DNA of 38,097 nucleotides, taken from the IMG/VR virus record IMGVR_UViG_2778261087_000005; one strand, given 5' to 3'. Below are positions 1 to 8,108 of this stretch, piece after piece. Position 1 is the first letter of the stretch; every line of letters begins with the position of its first letter. The notes beneath the pieces are model-generated. The model had not been told where the DNA came from. It saw only the letters and a program-made list of their open reading frames with translations, and searched no databases. This DNA is from a virus. Lineage: Duplodnaviria > Heunggongvirae > Uroviricota > Caudoviricetes. The translations under genes and the position numbers were made by a program.

Positions 1-1248
1 ATGGCACTGAATATTCCATTCAGAAATGCGTACTATCGTTTTGCATCCAGTTACTCATTTCTCTTTTTTATTTCCTGGTCGCTGTGGTGGTCGTTATACG
101 CTATTTGGCTGAAAGGACATCTAGGGTTGACAGGGACGGAATTAGGTACACTTTATTCGGTCAACCAGTTTACCAGCATTCTATTTATGATGTTCTACGG
201 CATCGTTCAGGATAAACTCGGTCTGAAGAAACCGCTCATCTGGTGTATGAGTTTCATCCTGGTCTTGACCGGACCGTTTATGATTTACGTTTATGAACCG
301 TTACTGCAAAGCAATTTTTCTGTAGGTCTAATTCTGGGGGCGCTATTTTTTGGCTTGGGGTATCTGGCGGGATGCGGTTTGCTTGATAGCTTCACCGAAA
401 AAATGGCGCGAAATTTTCATTTCGAATATGGAACAGCGCGCGCCTGGGGATCTTTTGGCTATGCTATTGGCGCGTTCTTTGCCGGCATATTTTTTAGTAT
501 CAGTCCCCATATCAACTTCTGGTTGGTCTCGCTATTTGGCGCTGTATTTATGATGATCAACATGCGTTTTAAAGATAAGGATCACCAGTGCGTAGCGGCA
601 GATGCGGGAGGGGTAAAAAAAGAGGATTTTATCGCAGTTTTCAAGGATCGAAACTTCTGGGTTTTCGTCATATTTATTGTGGGGACGTGGTCTTTCTATA
701 ACATTTTTGATCAACAACTTTTTCCTGTCTTTTATGCAGGTTTATTCGAATCACACGATGTAGGAACGCGCCTGTATGGTTATCTCAACTCATTCCAGGT
801 GGTACTCGAAGCGCTGTGCATGGCGATTATTCCTTTCTTTGTGAATCGGGTAGGGCCAAAAAATGCATTACTTATCGGAGTTGTGATTATGGCGTTGCGT
901 ATCCTTTCCTGCGCGCTGTTCGTTAACCCCTGGATTATTTCATTAGTGAAGTTGTTACATGCCATTGAGGTTCCACTTTGTGTCATATCCGTCTTCAAAT
1001 ACAGCGTGGCAAACTTTGATAAGCGCCTGTCGTCGACGATCTTTCTGATTGGTTTTCAAATTGCCAGTTCGCTTGGGATTGTGCTGCTTTCAACGCCGAC
1101 TGGGATACTCTTTGACCACGCAGGCTACCAGACAGTTTTCTTCGCAATTTCGGGTATTGTCTGCCTGATGTTGCTATTTGGCATTTTCTTCTTGAGTAAA
1201 AAACGCGAGCAAATAGTTATGGAAACGCCTGTACCTTCAGCAATATAG
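1..1248 (+). CDS. cscB: Sucrose/oligosaccharide:H+ symporter, MFS LacY family (CscB-like)
   Basis: 415-aa ORF beginning at window base 1; multiple hydrophobic helices; the sequence is recalled as matching E. coli sucrose permease CscB (not verified by search). Stop TAG at 1246-1248. Confidence 0.85.
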   Translation: MALNIPFRNAYYRFASSYSFLFFISWSLWWSLYAIWLKGHLGLTGTELGTLYSVNQFTSILFMMFYGIVQDKLGLKKPLIWCMSFILVLTGPFMIYVYEPLLQSNFSVGLILGALFFGLGYLAGCGLLDSFTEKMARNFHFEYGTARAWGSFGYAIGAFFAGIFFSISPHINFWLVSLFGAVFMMINMRFKDKDHQCVAADAGGVKKEDFIAVFKDRNFWVFVIFIVGTWSFYNIFDQQLFPVFYAGLFESHDVGTRLYGYLNSFQVVLEALCMAIIPFFVNRVGPKNALLIGVVIMALRILSCALFVNPWIISLVKLLHAIEVPLCVISVFKYSVANFDKRLSSTIFLIGFQIASSLGIVLLSTPTGILFDHAGYQTVFFAISGIVCLMLLFGIFFLSKKREQIVMETPVPSAI

Positions 1249-1794
1249 ACGTAAACTTTTTCCGGTTGTTGTCGATAGCTCTATATCCCTCAACCGGAAA
1301 ATAATAATAGTAAAATGCTTAGCCCTGCTAATAATCGCCTAATCCAAACGCCTCATTCATGTTCTGGTACAGTCGCTCAAATGTACTTCAGATGCGCGGT
1401 TCGCTGATTTCCAGGACATTGTCGTCATTCAGTGACCTGTCCCGTGTATCACGGTCCTGCGAATTCATCAAGGAATGCATTGCGGAGTGAAGTATCGAGT
1501 CACGCCATATTTCGCTATCAGGATTCTGTGTGATGGTTACATCGCCCGGCTCAGGGCTGTTTAGTCATCAGCGCTTTCTGACAGTGCTGAGATTTCAACC
1601 TGTTGCAGTAAAAATGAGTAGATATAAGGCAAGTGTGCTGCCAAACCCATCTTTTACGGGGTGAAGGTAGATTTCGTTTGAAGGGTATCTGGTGTCCCCT
1701 GCAGACATCATACAGGCAATGTAACCACAGGGGATATAAAAGAATTTGTCGATGTGAGGAAATTTGTGCCCACTGTTGTGCCCGCAAAGGGAAA

Positions 1795-1998
1795 TCACGA
1801 TGCTTTTCTTTGAGGGGAGAGATGACTGAATTTCCAGTGTTGGTAGTCGGCATACATCCACCTGGATGATCGCCCGTACTTGATTGGCTTGGGAAGTTTG
1901 CCGGCCTTGATTTGGTCATAGAAGTATTTGGCCGTGTAGCCAGCATCCTCGATCATGAACTTCATGTCAATGAGTGAGTCATCGCGTAGTTCTCGCAT
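1795..1998 (-). CDS. Excisionase/AlpA-like small DNA-binding protein
   Basis: 67 aa; SD GGAGGA 6 nt upstream of the ATG at 1998; motif KAGKLPKPIKYGRSSRW resembles Xis/AlpA-type winged-helix proteins; last gene of the leftward arm. Confidence 0.5.
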   Translation of the reverse strand: MRELRDDSLIDMKFMIEDAGYTAKYFYDQIKAGKLPKPIKYGRSSRWMYADYQHWKFSHLSPQRKAS

Positions 1999-2078
1999 AG
2001 CTTATCCTCCTAAGCCAATGTCTTATACAGTTGCGGCCCATCCACAGTGGCAGGCCGTAGTTTGTTTTCTTGATGCAC

Positions 2079-2210
2079 CTAGTAGCTTCCCGAGTCCCAT
2101 TTGCACCAGTACTTCGGATGTTCGCTATCTGGTTCGATTAGGCTCTCAACGTATCCATGTATGCCGCCGGTCTTTAGCTGGACTATTGCGCCCACAGAAT
2201 ACTTAGCCAT
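2079..2210 (-). CDS. Small protein, DUF2158-like (MAKYSVGAIVQLKTGG motif)
   Basis: Internal ATG at 2210 of the 2079..2369 ORF gives a 43-aa protein with a V-x-LKSGG-like motif typical of DUF2158 small proteins; start choice is inferred. Confidence 0.4.
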   Translation of the reverse strand: MAKYSVGAIVQLKTGGIHGYVESLIEPDSEHPKYWCKWDSGSY

Positions 2211-2406
2211 TGCACACCTGCCGGTTCGCGTAGAAATGAGATGAGAGCAGCCAGCGCGGTTAGTGCTGCGATGCTCCACATGATGGGATTCGAGTGCATG
2301 GGTAACTCCCAAAAAGAAGCCGCCCGTAGGCGGCAATAACATCAAGGGATGTGAGGCGGTGCATCGCACCCAATAGCCAGCTCATAACTGGCTATCAGTT
2401 GCGCCT

Positions 2407-2706
2407 TTAGTCTTCCTGTACCAGAACAGTGTCATCTGGGACCTTAATAGTAAGGACAACGCTATACCCCTTATCGTGAGTGCTGAACGATGTTTCCCAT
2501 TGTGGGATTGGCACATCTTCATCAACCTGGCAGATACCGATAGACCAACAGCCGATGTCGGTGTATGTGGCGATTACTTGCATTTCACCTTCAGCTGATT
2601 TCAGGTGATAGATGCCCGGATGATTGAAGCAACTAATCTCCTCTCGAATCGCTCCTTCGCACTCGAACAGGTCATCACTTGCTCCATAAAAACGTAATTC
2701 CTTCAT
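2407..2706 (-). CDS. Hypothetical phage early protein
   Basis: 99-aa ORF; SD AAGGAG 5 nt upstream of ATG 2706, overlapping the stop of the upstream gene (operon arrangement). Confidence 0.6.
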   Translation of the reverse strand: MKELRFYGASDDLFECEGAIREEISCFNHPGIYHLKSAEGEMQVIATYTDIGCWSIGICQVDEDVPIPQWETSFSTHDKGYSVVLTIKVPDDTVLVQED

Positions 2707-2715
2707 AATCTCTCC

Positions 2716-3000
2716 TTAGAACGGGCAGCCGGTACGGTGTTCCCAGTCGTATTCCGCCTGGGCGTAAGCAACTGCCGAAATGAAATCGTTGTAGGCCTCG
2801 CCAGCTTTATCGCTGCGAAGTCCTTCGTATGGGCTGGAGTCAATCGGTATGGAGAAGTGGAAGAGGCCGGACGGCTCTTTTGGCATCATGTCGATGATTT
2901 TCTGTGCCCGGTCGTCGATCCACTTCTCTTTCTCGTCGTCGAGCTGCTGCTCAACCCAGCGCCGATCTTCGATTCGGTCGTAAGTGAGGTATGCGTTCAT
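2716..3000 (-). CDS. Hypothetical acidic phage early protein
   Basis: 94-aa ORF; SD AGGAG 7 nt upstream of ATG 3000. Confidence 0.6.
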   Translation of the reverse strand: MNAYLTYDRIEDRRWVEQQLDDEKEKWIDDRAQKIIDMMPKEPSGLFHFSIPIDSSPYEGLRSDKAGEAYNDFISAVAYAQAEYDWEHRTGCPF

Positions 3001-3072
3001 GGCTGAACTCCTGAAATTTGGATGTGCAGATCCCGCCCGCGTAATGCCAGGCCGATCGGTTGAATAGGGTGG

Positions 3073-3270
3073 TTACTGCTGTGCGATGGATTTCGCCGGG
3101 AACTCGCCGTTGCGGAGGATGCTTTCTACCGGCCAGCACTCAGCTGACACTTTCTGCTCTGTAGCTGCCTGGCTGCATTCCTGCTGGCTGTCGTAAACGC
3201 CGAGAATGACATCCTGATAATCACCGTTTGTCATTGCTACGGTCAGGACGAGCGCGAATAAAGTTTCCAT
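3073..3270 (-). CDS. Small hypothetical protein with hydrophobic N-terminus (METLFALVLTVAM...)
   Basis: 65-aa reading from the internal ATG at 3270; that ATG overlaps the stop of the upstream 42-codon ORF as ATGA (translational coupling). Confidence 0.45.
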   Translation of the reverse strand: METLFALVLTVAMTNGDYQDVILGVYDSQQECSQAATEQKVSAECWPVESILRNGEFPAKSIAQQ

Positions 3271-3398
3271 CAGTGAAGAGTCCTCCCGATGGCGACGGCG
3301 TAAAGACGCTTTGCTTCTTCCCACGCCGGAGCATTGCGATGGAGTACCGCGAACGACGCTAGCCGTTGGGCCTCTCTGATCTGCTGCTGGTTTACCAT
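3270..3398 (-). CDS. Small hypothetical protein (42 aa, MVNQQQIREAQRLASF...)
   Basis: Not in the supplied ORF track (below 60 aa); translated by hand; SD AGAGGA 4 nt upstream of ATG 3398; ATGA overlap with the next gene. Confidence 0.4.
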   Translation of the reverse strand: MVNQQQIREAQRLASFAVLHRNAPAWEEAKRLYAVAIGRTLH

Positions 3399-3522
3399 GA
3401 TTTCCTCTTGGCCTTATCGCGGCGAACGGAACGTTAAACAAGACTTCTGCGCTAATGGGCGGTGGATGGCCGCCGGCTGTCATAAATGGGCAGACTCGAA
3501 AATCTGCCTATGTATGGCCGAT

Positions 3523-3543
3523 AAAAAACCCGCCGGAGCGGGT
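3523..3543 (-). terminator. Intrinsic terminator on the minus strand, immediately after the N-position gene (tL1-like)
   Basis: Minus-strand hairpin ACCCGC-uccg-GCGGGU followed by UUUUU; begins 1 nt after the stop codon at 3544-3546. Confidence 0.6.
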
Positions 3544-3699
3544 CTATTTGATGCGTCTTACTAACTGCCCCTGGACATTCACCCCGTCACCCGGCTGCAG
3601 CCTCCATAACTCTGAAAGTTGCAGATCCGTCCATGCGCGAAAATCAATCAACTCACGCAAAGAAAATCCTTTCTGATGATTAACCTCAAATTCTGGCAT
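3544..3699 (-). CDS. Hypothetical small protein in the N position of the leftward early operon
   Basis: 51 aa from ATG 3699 (SD GAGGGTAAGG upstream); the track ORF extends to 3795 only via a TTG start. Followed directly by an intrinsic terminator. No Arg-rich N-like motif, so antiterminator function is not supported by sequence. Confidence 0.45.
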   Translation of the reverse strand: MPEFEVNHQKGFSLRELIDFRAWTDLQLSELWRLQPGDGVNVQGQLVRRIK

Positions 3700-3927
3700 C
3701 GCCTTACCCTCTGTCGTTACCCGCTGATGCGGGAGAAATGCTTTGTGGTGCAGCGCCGGGTGCTTATCTTCCGGTTGCCGTCGATGCAGCTGCAATTCAC
3801 TGCACTACAAAACATTCCAGTTATTGCCGGGGTATTTATCCGCGCCCGGCGCGCGCTTTCCCGCTATTCCCCAACAGCAAGAAATCGCTTACTCTTTAAT
3901 CTCCCCAACAGTAGAAAGGATATATTC

Positions 3928-4149
3928 ATGCAAACCATGCGGACCGTGTGCCCTGACTGCGGAAGTGAGATGTTCAACCAGCCCGATGATTTTGACTTTG
4001 AGACAAATTTCACCGGCGTCAGTTGTGCTGACTGTGGTCGAGAAATCACTAAGGACGATGTTGTCAATCAGGCCACGGACACGGTCAAAAAACAGATCGA
4101 CGACATGCTCAGGAATTCCCTGAAAGGAACTGGCTGGAAGTTCAAGTAA
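3928..4149 (+). CDS. Zinc-ribbon protein (CPDCG...x21...CADCG), Lar-like architecture
   Basis: 73 aa from ATG 3928 with SD AGGA 7 nt upstream; two CxxCG pairs. An antisense 115-aa ORF (3889..4236) with its own good SD overlaps it, so strand assignment is uncertain. Confidence 0.4.
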   Translation: MQTMRTVCPDCGSEMFNQPDDFDFETNFTGVSCADCGREITKDDVVNQATDTVKKQIDDMLRNSLKGTGWKFK

Positions 4150-4580
4150 CTTTAAAAGCTCCCCGGCCTGGGTAAGCACCTCGCTGGCGTCTACGTTAAG
4201 CAGTAGTGGCGCCGTTTTTTTATCTGCCATACACACCCCTCTGTTTGTTTACCGTCAGCCCCTCGCAAAGAGCTGCTGGTAAATCGCTTTGCCATAATTG
4301 CCGCTCTTCCTGAGCCCGCCTATGGTCCGACGCATGGTTTACTGTCGCGCCGTTCGACTGACCAAATCTCCACTTCGCCGCTGGCTAACTTCGCTCAGCT
4401 GTCGATGTTTCGTTTCGATGGATTGATAATGTACCAATAGTTCATTCATGTAAAGTACCATAAGTACATTTTCTGTGAATAGAAAGTTCATATGCAATTA
4501 TCTTTATGAACTTTAAGGAGAAATATTTTTGAGTTTTTTATTGATTGAGGCGAGGGGGGGGATGGGGCTGGTTTGATTTA

Positions 4581-5168
4581 TTAGAGGTTCGTCACATCAA
4601 CAAGCCTTGTGTGACCATTGAAAGTTGCGAAAAGTCCGCCGTCTGGCTCAACTACTGAAAGTTCAGCGTATCGAAGGAAGTCTGTTTTGATAACGGACAT
4701 CAACACCTCTCCGGTATCAATGTTTATGACCTCAAGCCGGTGCGCGTAAAAATCATCTTTGTTTTTGCTGCCGGCAAACGATAGGGCGATGTAGCGCCCA
4801 AATTCAGATATGGACGAACTGATGAGGTGAGTGGAAGTTTCTATCTTGAATAACTCTTTCCCGGTGTTATCCATGACTATGGCTGCAGCCATGTTGTTGT
4901 CTTTGCCGGTATGTATAGAAAATAAAAATCGCCCGTTAACAGCTATGCATTGAGGCTTAGGAGAAAGCTGCCCGCCGAGCTTAACCATAAACATGAATTT
5001 TTCATTCTTCAATACCGCCAGAGTGTCATCTCTGAGATTGCTTTCATCACGCTTGAAAGCACCTAGCTGCCAACATTTATCGTGGCTTAATTTGCAGGTG
5101 ATGAAGTGGTCGCCAAGCTCGTATAAGGCGCTTCCATCACTCAGATCTGTAACCTTAATTGCTTCCAT
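4581..5168 (-). CDS. Unknown 195-aa protein co-operonic with the CI repressor (cargo gene)
   Basis: ATG 5168 lies 11 nt downstream of the cI stop with SD GAGGAAG; no TM segment; visibly more AT-rich than flanking phage genes; no family recognised. Confidence 0.7.
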   Translation of the reverse strand: MEAIKVTDLSDGSALYELGDHFITCKLSHDKCWQLGAFKRDESNLRDDTLAVLKNEKFMFMVKLGGQLSPKPQCIAVNGRFLFSIHTGKDNNMAAAIVMDNTGKELFKIETSTHLISSSISEFGRYIALSFAGSKNKDDFYAHRLEVINIDTGEVLMSVIKTDFLRYAELSVVEPDGGLFATFNGHTRLVDVTNL

Positions 5169-5179
5169 GCTTAACTTCC

Positions 5180-5935
5180 TCAGCTATGAAATCTGTATGC
5201 CCTTGACTGGCTTACCAGCACTTTCGCGCAGATGCGGAGAGAAGAAAAATCACCATCTTCGATGTACCAGGTTTCATATTTTTTATTGTCTGAAATCACA
5301 GCTAATTTTTTGTGCTGCTTTTGAAGTCGCTTTATGTAGAGATCATTGTCCAGAACGAAAATGTATATGCCGTCACCGTCAAAGCAGTCGATGCTGACGT
5401 CGACGAAGATCTGGTCTCGCGGCTCGAACGTGCCAGACATCGAATCGCCATTCACGGCAATCATTTTTATGTGGTCAGCTGGGCGCCCACCAAATACGGC
5501 GCGAGCCTCTTCGGTTGAATACTCTATGGATCGTATTGTTTCAATGAACTCATCTCGCACAAGAATTCCTTGCCCAGCGCTAGCTTGAATATCAAAAACG
5601 TCTACACGGAAAGAATCGTCCCTCATTGCCATATGCCCTTCAGATATGCCATCTGCTGCACTATCGCCTAATAGGTAAGACGAGGATGTGCCAATTATAG
5701 CCGCCAGTTCCTGCAGCTTGCCACGTCTTGGAATAGCCTCCCCATTGAACCACTTGCTTACCGCTTTAGGCGTGAGCTTCATTCGCTTGGCTATTTCAGC
5801 CTGACGTCCATGAGCAGGTAAACCAGCTTTATCACAGGCCAGCGCTAGCCGTTGGGAAAACTCTTTACGCGCTTTTTCTTCTTGAACCATAGGTTCAATC
5901 ATAATATCACTTGCGTGAACTATCAGTTCCGACAT
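5180..5935 (-). CDS. CI-like prophage repressor (N-terminal HTH, C-terminal LexA-type S24 peptidase)
   Basis: HTH region GRQAEIAKRMKLTPKAVSKWFNG; C-terminal AVNGDSM (Ser) and IYIKRL (Lys) dyad motifs. True start may be ATG 5902 or 5890 rather than 5935 (see findings). Confidence 0.8.
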   Translation of the reverse strand: MSELIVHASDIMIEPMVQEEKARKEFSQRLALACDKAGLPAHGRQAEIAKRMKLTPKAVSKWFNGEAIPRRGKLQELAAIIGTSSSYLLGDSAADGISEGHMAMRDDSFRVDVFDIQASAGQGILVRDEFIETIRSIEYSTEEARAVFGGRPADHIKMIAVNGDSMSGTFEPRDQIFVDVSIDCFDGDGIYIFVLDNDLYIKRLQKQHKKLAVISDNKKYETWYIEDGDFSSLRICAKVLVSQSRAYRFHS

Positions 5936-5938
5936 AAT
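5882..5938. promoter_or_regulatory. Immunity-region operators and pR-like promoter
   Basis: Perfect palindrome TTGAACCATAGGTTCAA (5882-5898) and palindrome GAACTATCAGTTC (5917-5929) sharing a TGAAC half-site; the second sits in the spacer of a candidate sigma70 promoter TTGCGT(5911-5916)-16 nt-CATAAT(5933-5938) facing cro. Confidence 0.45.
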
Positions 5939-5970
5939 ATGTACCTACAGTTCAATTTGAGGGTTAACAA

Positions 5971-6198
5971 ATGCAACCTAAGAACCTTGGCGACATCATC
6001 AAGCAAATCCGTGTACCGGTGGTGGCGAAGGCTTGCGGGCGCACTCCCCGCGCTATCTACAAGTGGATTAACAGCGGTTGCCTGCCGCGTACCGATTACA
6101 CCGGCGAAACAGGTTATGCGTCCAAAATCGCAGCTGCATCTGGTGGTCAGTTTACCGAGAACCAGATCCTTGAAATCAGTAAACCAAAAGCCGCTTAA
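5971..6198 (+). CDS. Cro-like HTH regulator
   Basis: 75 aa, divergent from cI; SD GAGGG 8 nt upstream; HTH-like segment RTPRAIYKWINSG. Confidence 0.7.
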   Translation: MQPKNLGDIIKQIRVPVVAKACGRTPRAIYKWINSGCLPRTDYTGETGYASKIAAASGGQFTENQILEISKPKAA

Positions 6199-6227
6199 CG
6201 GCGGCCCTAACCACGAAAGGGAAAGAA

Positions 6228-6794
6228 ATGCATTCACTTGCGTATCAACAGAGTAGCGGACTTGAACAACGTCCGTTGATTTCGATTTATCAAAGTGTTC
6301 CGCGTAATAACCGTAAGCTAACTCGAATACGGGAGGCAGTTAAGGCCTGGCAAAAAGCTACGCCGGGCCAGTCTCAGGTTCACATTTCTCAGCTGGTTGC
6401 GAAAGAGTGGCTGGCGCGCGGCGGGAAGGGGTTGTTACTGGCAGGTTCTGAACACAACACGAAGCAGAACTTCTTCCGGATGATTAACGATCCGGGCCCG
6501 AAGAACGACAAGGGGTTGATGCTACTGATCCCCGTCATTATCGACGTGATGGCGCGGGATAACGAGAAAGTGGCGAGAGAGTTCGGTCTGGTCGCAAAGA
6601 CTGAGGCCGAACTGATAGCCGAGGCCATGAAAGAGTGCACTGAAGCGCATCAGGCGAAGTTACTTGGTCAGCCGATACAACGCCTTGAGAAAGAGGTGAG
6701 AGAAGCTGCTGAAGCACTGCTGCGCTTCCTGCCAACTGAATCAATCGCTGCGGTGGTGACAAGTCTGGCCGCTATGGCGCCGGGAGTTATGTGA
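6228..6794 (+). CDS. Regulatory protein in the cII position (possibly YdaT-like)
   Basis: 188-aa ORF immediately after cro; function assigned from position only; family not confidently recognised. Confidence 0.45.
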   Translation: MHSLAYQQSSGLEQRPLISIYQSVPRNNRKLTRIREAVKAWQKATPGQSQVHISQLVAKEWLARGGKGLLLAGSEHNTKQNFFRMINDPGPKNDKGLMLLIPVIIDVMARDNEKVAREFGLVAKTEAELIAEAMKECTEAHQAKLLGQPIQRLEKEVREAAEALLRFLPTESIAAVVTSLAAMAPGVM

Positions 6795-6883
6795 TGGGAA
6801 GTATCAAAAATGGCGAAAGCCAGTCTGCGCGAACAGAACTGGCCTTCAAATGCAAATCGTGTGCACTCATTGCAGGAGGAATA

Positions 6884-7030
6884 ATGGCAAAAAAACCACG
6901 CTATTCCCATACCGCTGTACATAAAAACATTACCCGCGACCGCTTCATCCGCTCGGTTAATCCGATTGTGGCAGAGAAGATGCGCGCCATTCTGGAAGAA
7001 CTGAAACGTAAGGAGAGTGGTCGTGGATAA
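6884..7030 (+). CDS. Small basic protein (48 aa)
   Basis: Internal ATG 6884 of track ORF 6791..7030, preceded by strong SD AGGAGGA; its 3' end overlaps the O-like gene start. Confidence 0.4.
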   Translation: MAKKPRYSHTAVHKNITRDRFIRSVNPIVAEKMRAILEELKRKESGRG

Positions 7031-8108
7031 CCTCGCAAAAGTAATACCTTTCAGACCGTCTGTAACGGTCGTGGAGCGTCAGGTGGCAGATATCGATGAT
7101 GGGTATACCCGCATCGCTAACGAGCTGCTGGAAGCGGTTATGGCTGCTGATTTAACGGCTCGCCAGCTGAAGGTCGTTCTGGCGGTGATCCGCAAAACTT
7201 ACGGGTTCGGGAAAAAGTTTGACCGCATTACCAATACCCAGATTGCAGCAATGACCGGCATTCACCATACGCATGTCTGCAAGGCCAAGAACGAGATGAT
7301 TGCAATGAACATCATCGTTACCAACGGCCTGGCGATCGGGGTGAATAAGGTGATTTCTGACTGGAATTTCAGCATTAGCCAAAATGGCAAATCATTAGCC
7401 GAAACAGCTAATGAAACATTAGCCAAGTCAGCTAATACCCATAAGCCAACTCAGCTAAACACAAAAGAAACTATTCAAAAGAAAGAAAGAAAAGATCCCC
7501 CTAAATCCCCCCAGGGGGAAAACTCACTCGCTCAGGAAGTGATGGATTACTTCAACGAGCTAACGGGTAGTCGTTGTGCTGCGCTGGCACCTTTCGAGAA
7601 AGCTCTCTCCACGGTGAAGAGCAAAGACCAGTGCTACACCGCTGAAGAGCTGAAACTCGTTATCCGCTGGGCCCATGTGAACTGGGGTCACAGCTTCAAG
7701 CCAGAGAACCTGTGCCGTATGACCCGATTTGATGGATACCTGTCAGACGCCCTGATATGGGCTGATGGTCAGGGAAGCAACCCGGCAGCCTGTCCGCACG
7801 AAGAGATCATCAAGCTCTGGAATGAAAAATTCCCTTCGAAGGCTGTGTCGCTGCATGAGTGGAACCGCCGCCGTCCGGCCTATCGAGACCTGGAAGCTGT
7901 GTGGAACGGCAAAACCACCCAGGGCAACTGGCGAGAGCTGAAGCACATGGGAATGGCCTTCGAGCTGATTAGCAAGTCTTCCCTGTTCGGCACCAGAGGC
8001 GATCAGCCATGGCTGACTCTCGACTGGATACTGAATCCGAAGAACTGGGGATCTGTCTACGAGCAGGCTATCAACGAGCACCGTGAGCGCAAGGGAGTTA
8101 CAGCATGA
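7017..8108 (+). CDS. Replication initiation protein, lambda O-like
   Basis: N-terminal region (TRIANELLEAVMAADLTARQLKVVLAVIRKTYGFGK) resembles the phage replication protein O N-terminal domain; start is probably the GTG at 7023 (SD AGGAG at 7011-7015); stop overlaps the helicase ATG as ATGA. Confidence 0.8.
   Translation: MVVDNLAKVIPFRPSVTVVERQVADIDDGYTRIANELLEAVMAADLTARQLKVVLAVIRKTYGFGKKFDRITNTQIAAMTGIHHTHVCKAKNEMIAMNIIVTNGLAIGVNKVISDWNFSISQNGKSLAETANETLAKSANTHKPTQLNTKETIQKKERKDPPKSPQGENSLAQEVMDYFNELTGSRCAALAPFEKALSTVKSKDQCYTAEELKLVIRWAHVNWGHSFKPENLCRMTRFDGYLSDALIWADGQGSNPAACPHEEIIKLWNEKFPSKAVSLHEWNRRRPAYRDLEAVWNGKTTQGNWRELKHMGMAFELISKSSLFGTRGDQPWLTLDWILNPKNWGSVYEQAINEHRERKGVTA

Noticed and set aside
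1261-1298. Inverted repeat TCCGGTTG...CAACCGGA after cscB as an intrinsic terminator or att core
   Set aside because: 22-nt loop and no U-tract on either strand; no matching repeat seen elsewhere in the window to support an att site.
3619-4149. 176-aa plus-strand ORF as one gene
   Set aside because: The N-terminal 100 residues are low-quality extension with no SD; the conserved zinc-ribbon body starts at ATG 3928 with an SD.
6199-6227. boxB-like hairpin (CCCT...AGGG) between cro and the cII-position gene as nutR
   Set aside because: Loop of 9 nt and overlap with the SD of the downstream gene; no boxA nearby.
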